A stretch of DNA of 41,887 nucleotides from a virus (Duplodnaviria > Caudoviricetes), in IMG/VR virus record IMGVR_UViG_3300049781_000046, positions 1 through 41,887 of that record; one strand, given 5' to 3'. A model generated the notes under the pieces. It saw only the letters and a program-made list of their open reading frames with translations. It had not been told where the DNA came from and ran no database searches. A program made the position numbers and the translations under genes. Positions 7,971 through 18,300 of the stretch are shown one piece after another; within the stretch, counting starts at the first letter, position 1; the number at the start of each line of letters is the position of its first letter.

Positions 7971-9226
7971 GCCTGTTCGGGCTGTTTGATCGACGCGCCT
8001 CTGTGGAGAACCCGGCGGTGCCGTTGACGTCGCCATCGCTCACGACGCTCCTGTCGGGGGCGCCGCCCCAGTCGGGTGTGGCGGTGACGGAGACGAGTGC
8101 GCTGCACATGCCGGCTGTGTGGCGGGCCGTCGCGGTGATCGCGAACGTGTCGGCGTCGCTGCCTCTGCATTCGTACAAGGCCAACACGAAGGATCGTGTG
8201 TCGGTTCGGTTGCTGGATGATCCGCATCCGGAGCTGACGAAGTTCGAGCTGTGGCGGCTGGTGTACGTGCACCGGCTGCTGTGGGGCAACGCCTACCTGC
8301 AGAAGGTTCGCAACGTGGCCGGGCAGATCGTGCAGCTGTGGCCGATCCGCCCGGACCGGGTGAGGGTGGACCGGGAGAAGCCGAGCGAGGCGAATCCGGG
8401 CGGAAAGGTCTTCTGGATTCGCGACGACAGCGGTGTGGTGCAGCGCCGGACGACCGCCGAGATCCTGCATCTGCCGGCGCTCGGCTATGACGGTCTGACG
8501 GGCTGCTCGCCGATCCGTGCGGCAGCGGAGGGCATCGGGCTGGGGATTGCCGCGGAGAAGTCCGCGGCCCGCTTGTACGGCTCTGGCAACATGATCTCTG
8601 GGGTACTGCAGACGGAGCAGCGGCTGAACGCCGAGCAGGCTGCTCAGTTGAAGGCGTCCTGGAAGGCGAAGCTGTCGGGGATCGAGTCGGCGCACGACAT
8701 TGCGGTGCTGGACTCTGGCGCGAGCTTCCATCCGGTGACGATGCCGTACAAGGACTCGCAGTTCCTGGAGTCGCGCCAATTCCAGATCACTGAGATTGCC
8801 CGCATGTTCGGCGTGCCGCTGTATCTGCTGATGGAGACACAGAAGTCCACGTCATGGGGGACGGGTCTGGAGCAGCAGGCGCAGGGCTTTGTGACGTGGG
8901 ATCTGGCGCCGACGTGGCTGACGCCGACGGAGCAGCGGGTGACGAAGGAGCTGCTGCCGAAGACGCAGTACGCCAAGTACCAGCTGGGCGGTCTGTTGCG
9001 CGGCGACAGTGCGGCCCGCGCGGTGTTCTACCGGGCGATGCGGGACACGGGCGCGTTCTCGGCGAACGACATCCGCGACCTGGAAGAGCTTCCGCCGATC
9101 GAGGGGCCGGAGGGCGACATGTACCTGCAGCCGATGTCGATGGCGCCGCTGGGGTCCGATCCGACCGAGTCCGACACCAACACCGATGCTCCACCGCAGG
9201 AAGGCGGCAGCGATGTCCAGGATTGA
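7967..9226 (+). CDS. HK97-family portal protein
   Basis: AVWRAVAVIA, LLWGNAY, GCSPI, QFLESRQFQITEIARMFGVP, LLRGD motifs. Confidence 0.96.
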   Translation: MSLFGLFDRRASVENPAVPLTSPSLTTLLSGAPPQSGVAVTETSALHMPAVWRAVAVIANVSASLPLHSYKANTKDRVSVRLLDDPHPELTKFELWRLVYVHRLLWGNAYLQKVRNVAGQIVQLWPIRPDRVRVDREKPSEANPGGKVFWIRDDSGVVQRRTTAEILHLPALGYDGLTGCSPIRAAAEGIGLGIAAEKSAARLYGSGNMISGVLQTEQRLNAEQAAQLKASWKAKLSGIESAHDIAVLDSGASFHPVTMPYKDSQFLESRQFQITEIARMFGVPLYLLMETQKSTSWGTGLEQQAQGFVTWDLAPTWLTPTEQRVTKELLPKTQYAKYQLGGLLRGDSAARAVFYRAMRDTGAFSANDIRDLEELPPIEGPEGDMYLQPMSMAPLGSDPTESDTNTDAPPQEGGSDVQD

Positions 9227-9965
9227 GGAGCGGCGTGACCTCGCCCTGGCCGTGGCCGGGGTGCAGTTGCGGGCCGCCGACGACGAGCAGAAGGCGCACC
9301 GCTTTGGCGGGCACGCCGCCGTGTTCAACGAGCGCACCGCGATAGGCAATCCCCTGACCTGGGGGTTCTATGAGGAGATCGCGCCGGGCGCGTTCAGTAA
9401 GACCCTCACGGAGGGCGATGCCCGGTTCCTCGTCGACCACGACACTCGGCTCGTCGTGTCCCGGGTCTCGGCCGACTCGCTGCGCCTGTCGCAGGACAAG
9501 GCTGGCCTGGCCGTGGATGCGGACCTCGATGTCCGCCTGTCCTACGTTGCGGACCTGGTCGTGAACCTGGAGAACAAGAACATCACAGGGATGAGCTTCG
9601 GGTTCCGCGTCGTGAAGGACGACTGGGAGACGGTCAGCGTCTCCACGTCCGAGGGCGACATGGAGGCCGAGCTGCGCATCATCCGCGAGGTGCAGCTGTT
9701 CGAGGTCAGCGCCGTCACCTTCCCCGCCTACGAGGGCACCGACGCCGCCCTGCGGTCCGTCGGTGTCGCCCTGGCCGCCCGCGGCGACGCTGCCGCGTTC
9801 GACCGCCGGGCCGAGCACCGGCCCGAACTTCTCGACTTCCGCCACGAGCCGGCCGCTGCTGCGGCCACTCGGGACAGCGACGCAACCCAGCCGGGAGAGA
9901 CCACTGGGGGCCGTCAGGCGATGCGCATGAAGGCGCTCGCCGCCCGCTACCGCCTGGCGCGGTAG
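9213..9965 (+). CDS. HK97-family prohead protease
   Basis: GHAAVFN, EIAPGAF, LVDHD, GMSFGF, LFEVSAVTFPAY. Confidence 0.95.
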   Translation: MSRIEERRDLALAVAGVQLRAADDEQKAHRFGGHAAVFNERTAIGNPLTWGFYEEIAPGAFSKTLTEGDARFLVDHDTRLVVSRVSADSLRLSQDKAGLAVDADLDVRLSYVADLVVNLENKNITGMSFGFRVVKDDWETVSVSTSEGDMEAELRIIREVQLFEVSAVTFPAYEGTDAALRSVGVALAARGDAAAFDRRAEHRPELLDFRHEPAAAAATRDSDATQPGETTGGRQAMRMKALAARYRLAR

Positions 9966-10030
9966 CAGCTCTCACACCCATCCCTCAGCCCCTGCCGACC
10001 TGGCGTGGGGCTATCTGTGCTGGAGGCAGC

Positions 10031-11305
10031 ATGCCCACCCTTCAGAGCCTGCTGGACAAGCGGGCCAGCGCCTGGGACAAGGCGCAGGAGTTCCAGAACC
10101 GTGCGGCGTCCGAGGAGGAGATGTCCGCTGAGGACCGCTCCGCCTGGGACGCGGCGCTCGCCGACGTCGAGCGGCTGTCGGCGGACATCGAGCGTGAGGA
10201 GCGGCACCAGCGTGCCGAGCGTCTTGCCGCCGTCGACTACGACCAGGTCATCGACGGCCGCGGCGACACCCAGGAGGAAGAGGAGGCCCGCGCCCGTCAC
10301 GGCGGCGTCGAGGGCGTCGAGGCGTACAGCAACGCCTGGCGCTCGTGGCTGCGCGACGGCACCCAGGACCTGACCTCAGAAGAGCGCACCGTACTGCGCT
10401 CGGGATGGGTCGACGGCAAGGAACTGCGCGCCCAGGGCGTCGCCACCGGCGCGGCCGGCGGCTACGTTGTGCCGCCCGCGTTCCGCGCCAAGATGGTCGA
10501 GACGATGAAGTTCTACGGCGCCATGCGCCAGGTCGCCGAGACCATCACCACCGAGTCCGGTGTGACCCTGCCGTGGCCGACGAACGACGACACCGGCAAC
10601 GTCGGTGCGATCCTCGCCGAGAACACGCAGGTCACCGAGCAGGACGTGACGCTCGGCCAGCAGGACATCGGTGCATACATGTACACGTCGAAGCTGGTGC
10701 GGGTTTCCCTGCAGCTGCTGAACGACGCGGTCCTCGACTTCGAGAACTGGCTGGCCCGCAAGCTGGGTGAGCGCATCGGCCGCATCCAGAACACGCACTT
10801 CACCACCGGTACGGGCACCGCTCAGCCGGAGGGTGTGCAGACCAACGCCACGGTCGGCAAGACGGGCGCGACCGGGCAGACCACCTCGATCACCGGCGAC
10901 GATCTGATCGACCTGGTGCATTCCGTGGACCCGGCCTACCGCAACTCCGGCCGCGTCCAGTTCATGCTGGCCGACTCGACCCTCGGATCGGTTCGCAAGC
11001 TGAAGGACGGCAACAACAACTACCTGTGGCAGCCGTCGGTGCAGGCGGGCGTCCCGGACCGGGTGCTGGGCTACAGCTACGTCGTCAACCAGGACATGCC
11101 GGCCATGACGGCGAACGCGAAGAGCGTCCTGTTCGGCGACTTCTACGCCGGATACCTGATCCGCGACGTGCAGGACGTGCAGACGCTGCGCCTGGCGGAG
11201 CGGTACGCGGACTACCTGCAGGTCGGGTTTCTCGCCTTCGCCCGCGCGGACGGCACCCCGCAGGATGCCGCCGCGATCCGCGCCTACAAGAACTCGGCCA
11301 CGTGA
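10031..11305 (+). CDS. HK97-family major capsid protein
   Basis: N-terminal coiled-coil delta domain, GGYVVP, VSLQLLND, GTGTAQPEG, KLKDGNNNYLWQP. Confidence 0.96.
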   Translation: MPTLQSLLDKRASAWDKAQEFQNRAASEEEMSAEDRSAWDAALADVERLSADIEREERHQRAERLAAVDYDQVIDGRGDTQEEEEARARHGGVEGVEAYSNAWRSWLRDGTQDLTSEERTVLRSGWVDGKELRAQGVATGAAGGYVVPPAFRAKMVETMKFYGAMRQVAETITTESGVTLPWPTNDDTGNVGAILAENTQVTEQDVTLGQQDIGAYMYTSKLVRVSLQLLNDAVLDFENWLARKLGERIGRIQNTHFTTGTGTAQPEGVQTNATVGKTGATGQTTSITGDDLIDLVHSVDPAYRNSGRVQFMLADSTLGSVRKLKDGNNNYLWQPSVQAGVPDRVLGYSYVVNQDMPAMTANAKSVLFGDFYAGYLIRDVQDVQTLRLAERYADYLQVGFLAFARADGTPQDAAAIRAYKNSAT

Positions 11306-11322
11306 CAGAGAGGAGCGTGGTC

Positions 11323-11718
11323 ATGGCGACCACCCCGAAGAAGGACACCACGACCCCCGTCTCCGACACCGGTGTCCTGCAGGACAAGCCGACACCGGCG
11401 GCGGCCGAGCACGGCGACCACGACCGTATCGTCATGGCCTCACGTCGTGCGGACGGCTCGATGGCGCAGACGCGGCCCGAGTTCATCGGCGACAAGGACA
11501 TCGCGCTCGGCGCCGCCAAGGAGCAGCTCGCACAGCAGGCCGCGTCTGCCGTCGATGTTGCGGCGCGCGGCGTCACCGCCAACCCGGACGGTGTCGGCGA
11601 CACCGAGCCGGACGCCGAGGTGAAGGCGCTGAAGGACGCCCAGGACGCGGCTGTGAAGGCGGCCGAATCGCAGGCGGAGCGCGAGGTCAACAGCCTGCAT
11701 AAGGGGCTGGGTGACTGA
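11323..11718 (+). CDS. Hypothetical virion-associated protein
   Basis: RBS AGGAG; directly after capsid gene. Confidence 0.7.
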   Translation: MATTPKKDTTTPVSDTGVLQDKPTPAAAEHGDHDRIVMASRRADGSMAQTRPEFIGDKDIALGAAKEQLAQQAASAVDVAARGVTANPDGVGDTEPDAEVKALKDAQDAAVKAAESQAEREVNSLHKGLGD

Positions 11719-11936
11719 TGGCCCGTATCCGCATGCTGACGAGCGTTGCGGGCGACGGGTTCTCCTGGGATGCCGGGCAGGAGATCGACCTGCCCGGCGC
11801 CGAGGCGTCGAAGTGGGCGGATGGGGTGCGCGCCGAGCTGGTGCGCACCCGGTCCGTCGAAACTCCCGAGAGTGCGCCTGCCGCAGAGACCGCCGCCCGC
11901 CGGCCCCGACGCAAGTCCGCCCCGAGCGGCCAGTAA
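11718..11936 (+). CDS. Hypothetical protein
   Basis: TGATG coupling; position in head module. Confidence 0.7.
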   Translation: MARIRMLTSVAGDGFSWDAGQEIDLPGAEASKWADGVRAELVRTRSVETPESAPAAETAARRPRRKSAPSGQ

Positions 11937-11949
11937 TCGGAGGGGCGGC

Positions 11950-12504
11950 ATGACGCTGGTGACGCTGGAAGAGGCCAAGCGCCAACTCGACATCGACACC
12001 GACAGCCACGACGTCGAACTGCAGCTGTACGTCGACGCCCTAGATGCGGTCATTGAGGGCTATGTCGGTGTGGTCGAGCAGCGGGAGGTCACCGACACCG
12101 TCACCGGCGGCGGGCCCGCTCTGGCCGTGTTGCACCCTCCGCTGGTATCGGTGACGTCTGTTGCTGGTCCCGTGGGCGCAAGTTCCGTCAGCTATGCGGC
12201 TGATGGCCTCACTGTGAACGGGTCGGCGGGCGTCGTCGGCCGCCTCGACGGGGGCTGCTTCCCGGCCGGGGCATACACGGTGACGTACACCGCTGGTCGC
12301 GCTGCCGTCCCGCCGACGGTGAAGTTGGCCGCGTTGATCCTGCTGCAGCACCTGTGGCGTACCCAGTACGGGGCGACGCGGGTACCGGTGGGCGGCGCCG
12401 ACGACTGGTCGGTGACGGATCCTGTGCCTGGCTTCGGCTATGCGGTGCCCAACCGGGTGCTGCAGCTGCTGGAGCCGTTCAAACTTCCGCCGGGGGTGGC
12501 GTAG
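11950..12504 (+). CDS. Head-tail connector/adaptor
   Basis: LVTLEEAKRQL...D.ELQLYVDA; VKLAALILLQHLW; LLEPF end. Confidence 0.85.
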   Translation: MTLVTLEEAKRQLDIDTDSHDVELQLYVDALDAVIEGYVGVVEQREVTDTVTGGGPALAVLHPPLVSVTSVAGPVGASSVSYAADGLTVNGSAGVVGRLDGGCFPAGAYTVTYTAGRAAVPPTVKLAALILLQHLWRTQYGATRVPVGGADDWSVTDPVPGFGYAVPNRVLQLLEPFKLPPGVA

Positions 12505-12969
12505 GTGCTGACCTCCCGTGTTCCGGCAGCGGTGGCCGCGTTGCTGGACATCCTGTGCGCCTCCCCGGCTCTGGCCGGTGTGCGCATCGTCGACGGCCCG
12601 GAGTCCACCAACGCCACAGAACGGGACATGATCCTGGTCGGTTGGCAGCCGGGCGGTGAGGCGTCCGTGGCGTTGGAGCAGTCGTTCAACGGGGCCGGCG
12701 CCCGCACCCGCGATGAGGAGTTCGCCATCTCCTGCTACGCCGAATCCCGGCGTGGCGACAAGGCGATGGCCACCAGCCGGAACCGGGTGTTCGAGCTTGT
12801 CGGCGCAGTCGAGACCGCGCTGCGCGCGACCAACGAAGCGCCTGAGGCGCCGACTTTGAACGGCACGGTCCTGTGGGCTCATCTCACCACCGGCAACCTG
12901 CAGCAAACCGTCGCAGAGGGCGCCCTCGCCGGACTGGCGTTCACGGTGTCCTGCCAGGCCCGCATCTGA
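12505..12969 (+). CDS. Tail terminator/completion protein (putative)
   Basis: Synteny; DGP and PTLNG motifs; size. Confidence 0.6.
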   Translation: MLTSRVPAAVAALLDILCASPALAGVRIVDGPESTNATERDMILVGWQPGGEASVALEQSFNGAGARTRDEEFAISCYAESRRGDKAMATSRNRVFELVGAVETALRATNEAPEAPTLNGTVLWAHLTTGNLQQTVAEGALAGLAFTVSCQARI

Positions 12970-12993
12970 TCCATCTACTGGAGGAGTTCTGAC

Positions 12994-13218
12994 ATGGCGC
13001 GTGTGCGCTTTATCGGGCCCGAGCCGGTCACCGTGCCCGAGCTTGGCGGCCGGGAGGTACAGCCCGACGAGGTTGTCGAAGTGCCCGACGGGCGGCATGA
13101 GGGCTACGTGTGCCAGCTCGGCACGTGGGAGTCCGTCGAGGAGCCCAGGGACGAAGTGGCGCCGCTGAAGAAGACCGCGGTCAAGCCGGAGCCGGCGCCG
13201 CAGAAGACGGAGGGCTGA
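12994..13218 (+). CDS. Hypothetical protein
   Basis: RBS GGAGGAG; just before major tail gene. Confidence 0.7.
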   Translation: MARVRFIGPEPVTVPELGGREVQPDEVVEVPDGRHEGYVCQLGTWESVEEPRDEVAPLKKTAVKPEPAPQKTEG

Positions 13219-13221
13219 TCC

Positions 13222-14208
13222 ATGGCGATCGGATCCGGGCTCGGCGCCCAGCTCGGCATCAGCGCCGAGTCCAGCTACGGCGTCTTCGCGGCGCCGACGA
13301 AGTTCATCGAGTTCACCAAGGAGAGCCTCGCTCTCAAGAAGACGACCGCCCAGAGTGCGGGCATCGCGGCCGGTCGTCTGCTGCCGCTGTCGTCTCGGCG
13401 TGTGCTGACGCGTAAGGAGGTGCAGGGCTCGCTGGAGATGGAGATCGCCAACAAGGGCATGGGGGTGATCCTCCAGCAGCTCATGGGCACGTCGGTGACT
13501 CCGGTGCAGCAGGGCGTGACGACCGCGTACCTCCAGACCCACACGCTCGCGTCGGTGGCGGGCAAGAGCCTGACGATCCAGAAGGGCGTGCCCCTGACGT
13601 CTGGGACCGTCACGGACAAGACCCTCGTCGGCTGCAAGATCACGAGCGGTGAGTTCGCGTGCGGTGTCGGCGAGATGCTGACCGGCAGCTTCGAGATCGA
13701 CGGCAAGGACTGCGACGAGTCCCAGACGTTGGCCGTCGCCAGCTACAGCAACATGAGCCCGTTCCACTTCGGGCAGATGGCGCTGAAGACGGGCGCCTAC
13801 GGCACGGAGACCGCGCTCGACGGCATCCGCAAGGTTTCCGTGAAGATCGAGCGGCCTCAGGACGTCGAGCGTTTCTACGCCAACCAGGCGTCCTTGAAGA
13901 AGGAGCCGATCGAGAACGACCAGGTCAAGATCACCGGCACGCTGGAGACGGACTACGTCGCCACAACCCTGGACGACCTGCACACCTCGGACGGCGCGAC
14001 CTCGCTCGTGTGGGAGTTCGTGGGGCCGTTGATCGCGAGCACGTTCTACGAGACCTTCCGCATCACCCTGCCCGCGATCCGCCTGGACGAGGGCCCCCCG
14101 GTGGTCGATGGCTTCGGTGTCGTCAAGCCCAGCTTCAACTTCACCGGCCTGTACGACGGCACCAACCAGCCCAAGATCGAATACATCAGCACGGACGTTG
14201 CGCTGTGA
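13222..14208 (+). CDS. Major tail tube protein
   Basis: MAIGSGLGAQLGISAESSYG start, SLTIQKG, beta-rich 328 aa, synteny. Confidence 0.88.
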   Translation: MAIGSGLGAQLGISAESSYGVFAAPTKFIEFTKESLALKKTTAQSAGIAAGRLLPLSSRRVLTRKEVQGSLEMEIANKGMGVILQQLMGTSVTPVQQGVTTAYLQTHTLASVAGKSLTIQKGVPLTSGTVTDKTLVGCKITSGEFACGVGEMLTGSFEIDGKDCDESQTLAVASYSNMSPFHFGQMALKTGAYGTETALDGIRKVSVKIERPQDVERFYANQASLKKEPIENDQVKITGTLETDYVATTLDDLHTSDGATSLVWEFVGPLIASTFYETFRITLPAIRLDEGPPVVDGFGVVKPSFNFTGLYDGTNQPKIEYISTDVAL

Positions 14209-14217
14209 GGTGATCTC

Positions 14218-14727
14218 ATGGTGCGGGACATCCGTATCTCCGGCACCGGCCAGCTGCTCGACCTCGCGGGGCGGCTGCGCCGGGCCGGTCACGAGAACAT
14301 CCGCCAGTCCTACACCCGCCGCATCCGCCGCGCCGCCGAGCCCCTGAAGGACGAAGTTCAGGACGCGATCCGGCACATGCCGCTCACGTCCTCCGGCCGG
14401 AGAGGCCGCGGTGGCCCTTCACCGACGACGCGCCCCTTCCGCGCCTCGATGGCCGACGCCGTCCGCCTGTCCGTGCGCACCACGGGCGACCCCGGCGCCA
14501 AGATCTGGATCGACCGGAGCCGGCTGCCATCGGACATCACACTCGGTGTCCTCAACCAGATCAACGACACCGGGCGCTTGCGCCACCCCGTGTTCGGCAA
14601 CAGAAGCAGGTGGGCGTCCCAGTTCGGAGGCCGCGGCTTCTGGGACAAGGCCATGCAGAACCACCGCAGTCGCATCACCCGTGAAGTCGAGCGCGTCGTC
14701 GATGACGTGCGTCGGCGCATCGAATAG
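14218..14727 (+). CDS. HK97 gp10-like tail-region protein
   Basis: Basic; GRLRHPVFGNR...W..Q; FWDKAM. Confidence 0.65.
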   Translation: MVRDIRISGTGQLLDLAGRLRRAGHENIRQSYTRRIRRAAEPLKDEVQDAIRHMPLTSSGRRGRGGPSPTTRPFRASMADAVRLSVRTTGDPGAKIWIDRSRLPSDITLGVLNQINDTGRLRHPVFGNRSRWASQFGGRGFWDKAMQNHRSRITREVERVVDDVRRRIE

Positions 14728-14738
14728 GAGCACCCCCC

Positions 14739-15323
14739 GTGATCGTCGTGTACACCCCTGCGAGCGGTGAGCCCGAGCACTACGACGCCTCGACGTTGAA
14801 GGTGTCCGAGGCCTCGATCGTGCAGCGCACCGTCGACATGAAGTGGCAGGAGATCCTGCAGGGCCTCGGCGAGGACGACCTCGACGCCATGCGCGGGATC
14901 GTCTGGGTCATCAAGAAGCGATCCAACCCGTCGCTCAGGTTCGGGGAGTTCGACCCCGGCGTGACCGAGATGACCTCCCGGATGACGAACGACGAGGTGG
15001 CGGCCTTCATCGAGCCGCTGTTCGCCCAGGGCGTCGCGAACCCCGACCTCGCCACGGAGGTCGTGGCGGACATGCTGCGCTCGCGGATCGCCGAGGCCGC
15101 CTTCGATCCTGAGTACGCCAACGATCTGATCGACAGGCTGGCTGCCGCGGCGGAGGACGGCCCAAAAGACCAGCCGCAGCCGGGGGCGAACGAGGAGAGC
15201 GATTCGAGCCAGAGCCCGACATCGAGCACGCCCGAGCCGTCTACCTCGGGCTCTTCGCGCACCTCCTCCACATCCCGCCGCCGGTCGTCGACGACCTCCT
15301 CGTCAGCGACTTCTACAACCTGA
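14739..15323 (+). CDS. Tail assembly chaperone (G-type)
   Basis: Precedes tape measure; GPK at slippery site followed by Ser/Thr-rich tail. Confidence 0.85.
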   Translation: MIVVYTPASGEPEHYDASTLKVSEASIVQRTVDMKWQEILQGLGEDDLDAMRGIVWVIKKRSNPSLRFGEFDPGVTEMTSRMTNDEVAAFIEPLFAQGVANPDLATEVVADMLRSRIAEAAFDPEYANDLIDRLAAAAEDGPKDQPQPGANEESDSSQSPTSSTPEPSTSGSSRTSSTSRRRSSTTSSSATSTT

Positions 15324-15376
15324 CCGCATGGATCGAGCAGCACCAGGCGGCCCTGCAAGCCGAGAGCGGGGGGTAG
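14739..15376 (+). CDS. Tail assembly chaperone GT form via -1 frameshift at CCCAAAA (15161-15167)
   Basis: -1 frame open to TAG 15374-15376, reading ...ARAVYLGLFAHLLHIPPPVVDDLLVSDFYNLTAWIE..., ending 3 nt before the tape measure ATG. Confidence 0.8.
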
Positions 15377-15379
15377 CCG

Positions 15380-18300
15380 ATGCCGTCGATGACGTTCATC
15401 CTGACGGGCCGCGACCAGTTGTCACGGGTTCTGGATGCGGCGGGTGACGCAAGCAGTCGGCTGGCCAGGCGGCTGGAGGACGCAGCCCGCCGCAGCACGA
15501 CGTCCGTAGGCAATTTCACGACGGACGCGAACGGGCGCCTGCACGACCTGCAGGGTCGGTTCGTTGCCACCTCCAGCAGCGCCGACCTGATGGCTGGCTC
15601 CTTCGGAGAGCTACGGAAGGCGGCGCTGCTGCTCGCGCCGGCCGCGATTCCGGCCGCCGCCTCCCTCGCGCCGATCGCCGCTGGCGCGGCCACGGTGGCG
15701 GTGGCGACAGCGGCGATGACCGCAGCGATCGTGCCGCAGATCGCCGCGCTCAGCGAGGCCGCCGAGGCGGAGAAGAAGTACGAAGATGCGGTCGCCAAGT
15801 CGGGGGCGCGCAGCGAGGAAGCCATCCAGGCCCACACCGCCTACGTGCAGACGGTGTCCAAGCTTCCGCCGGAGACCCGTAAGGCCGCGGCCTCTCTCGG
15901 CGTCCTCAAGGACTCCTACAAGGCGTGGTCGGACTCGCTGGCCGGCGACACCATGGCCCCGGTCACCAAGGGCCTTCAGCTCGCCAACACGCTGCTGCCG
16001 AAGACGACAGGCCTCGTCAAGGCGACGAGCGCCGAGGCAGACCGGTTCGTCACCATCATCGGCGGACAGATGGCCTCCCCAGGCCTCGACGCCCTGAATA
16101 GCAAGTTCACGACGTTCGCCCAGCGCACGCTCCGCTCCATGAACGACGAGCTGGTGCACCTGCTGCGCACGTCCGAGGGCGGCGAAATCGGCGGGAACGC
16201 CCGCGAGTTCATGGACTGGGCGCGCGCCCAGGGCCCGACCGTGGCCAGCGTCCTGACCAGCGTGACGACCGCGCTCCTGCACGTGCTGCAGGCGGGCAGC
16301 GACGTCGGTGTCGGCCTGCTGCAGACCGTCGATACGGTGGCGGGCCTGGTCTCGGCGGTGCCGCCCGAAGCCATCGCCACGTTCCTGCAGTTGGCGCTCG
16401 CCCTGAAGGTGACGAAGGCCGCCGCTCTCGGCCTGGCCGCCGGCCGTACCGCTCTGGTCGCGTTCGCCGCACAGATCCTTGCGGCCCGGGCCGCCTCGAC
16501 GGCCGCCGGCGGTGGACTGTCCGGGCTGGCAGCGGCGTTCGGTGCGCTGTCGCGGGCGACCAAGGTGGCGCTGATCGGCTCCGGGATCGGGATCCTGGTC
16601 CTCGCCTTGTCGCAGCTGTCGGAGATGGGCAAGAAGACCCCGGCAGACGTCGACAAACTGACCACCTCGTTGCGCGGACTCACCGACACCGGGAAGATCA
16701 CGGGCGAGGCCTCGCGTGTCTTCGGCAAGGACCTGTCGGGGCTCGCCGACAGCCTGCAGAAGGTGACCAACCCAAAGGGGCTGGACGGCTTCCAACAGTC
16801 GCTCGTGTCGTTCTTCGGCACCGACTCGACGCCGGTGAAGGACGCCAAGGACAACATCAACGCCCTCGACACGTCGCTGGCGAACTTGGTCAAGAACGGG
16901 CAGGCCGGCCTCGCTTCAGACGCCCTCGGCATCATCACCAAACGGATGCAGGCGCAGGGATTCTCCGCTGAGGAAGTCCGTGCGCAACTGGACGACTACA
17001 AGGCGGCATTGGCCGACCAGGCCTTCGAGCAAAAGCTTGCCGCCGAGGCCATGGGTTTGTTCGGTCAGCAGGCCCAGGACGTCCAGGCCAAGCTCGACGC
17101 GCAGAAGCAGTCCGCGGACGGGCTGCGGCAGAGCATCGTGGCGCTCAACGACGCGCAGCGTCAGGGCCTCGGCGGGATGATCGGGTTCGAGGCCAGCATC
17201 GACGCCGCAGCGAAAGCCGCGCGAGACAACGCCGGCGCGCTGTCCATGACGCATGGGCAGCTCGACCTCAACTCGGAGAAGGCGCGGAACGCGGCGAGCG
17301 CGCTGCAGGACCTCGCCTCGAAGACGGACGAGGCCGCCGGCGCGGCGCGGGAGTCCGGATCCAGCTGGGAGGCCGTCAACGGGATCTACTCGCGCGGCCG
17401 CACCAAGCTGATCGAGTCGGCACAGGCCATGGGGCTGAGCAAGCGGGAAGCCTCCGCTCTGGCCAACCAGATCCTGAAGATCCCGGACAAGACCGCCAAG
17501 GTCAGCATGAACAAGGAGGACGCCCAGCGGGATCTGGAGGCCTTCAACGTGGCAGTACGCAAGTCGCCGGGGGCCAAGAGTGTCACGCTCAGCACCCTCA
17601 GCAAGACCGCCGAACAGGTCCTGGAGCAGTTCGGCTACAAGGTCAAGCGCCTGCCAAACGGGTCCGTGACGGTGTCCGCGAAGGACAAGGCCCTCGGCGT
17701 GATCCGCAGTGTCGCTACGGCCATCGCCAATCTGCGGTCCAAAGAGATCACGATCACCACGAACAAGGTGACCCGCTTCAGCACGGTGGGATCCAAGAGC
17801 GCGGTTGCACCAGCGCACCGTGACTACGCCACCGGCGGCCCGATCGGTTTCCCCGGTGGCGGCCCGATCCGCGGGCCTGGCACGGGCACCTCGGACAGCA
17901 TCCCGATCATGGCCTCGAACGGCGAGTACATGATCAACGCCAAGTCGACGGCCAAGTACCGGTCACTGATCGAGGCCATCAACGAGGACCGTCTCGGCTC
18001 GGGCTACGGGATGCCGGGCGCCGGGGCCGCTGTGGCGGCGGGGCTCGCCTCCGGGATGTCGGCATCAGCCGGCACCGTGAACGGTGCTGCCCGGGCGATG
18101 GCGGCCGCGGTCACCGCCGGGATCCGTGAGGAGCTGGAGATCGCGTCTCCGTCGAAGAAGACCACCGCGCTCGCCAAGGACATCGGTCGAGGCCTGATCG
18201 TGGGCCTGACCGGCAGCCAGGCAAAGATCAAGTCGGTCAGCGCGGACCTGGTCAAGGACATCCAGACCGCCTTCTCCGGCCGCAAGGAGTCCGGCCTGGT

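Noticed and set aside
12040-14376. Long antisense ORFs (also 21042-22889, 6220-7617, 18065-19600 and others)
   Set aside because: Shadow frames expected in high-GC DNA opposite well-supported genes; no motifs
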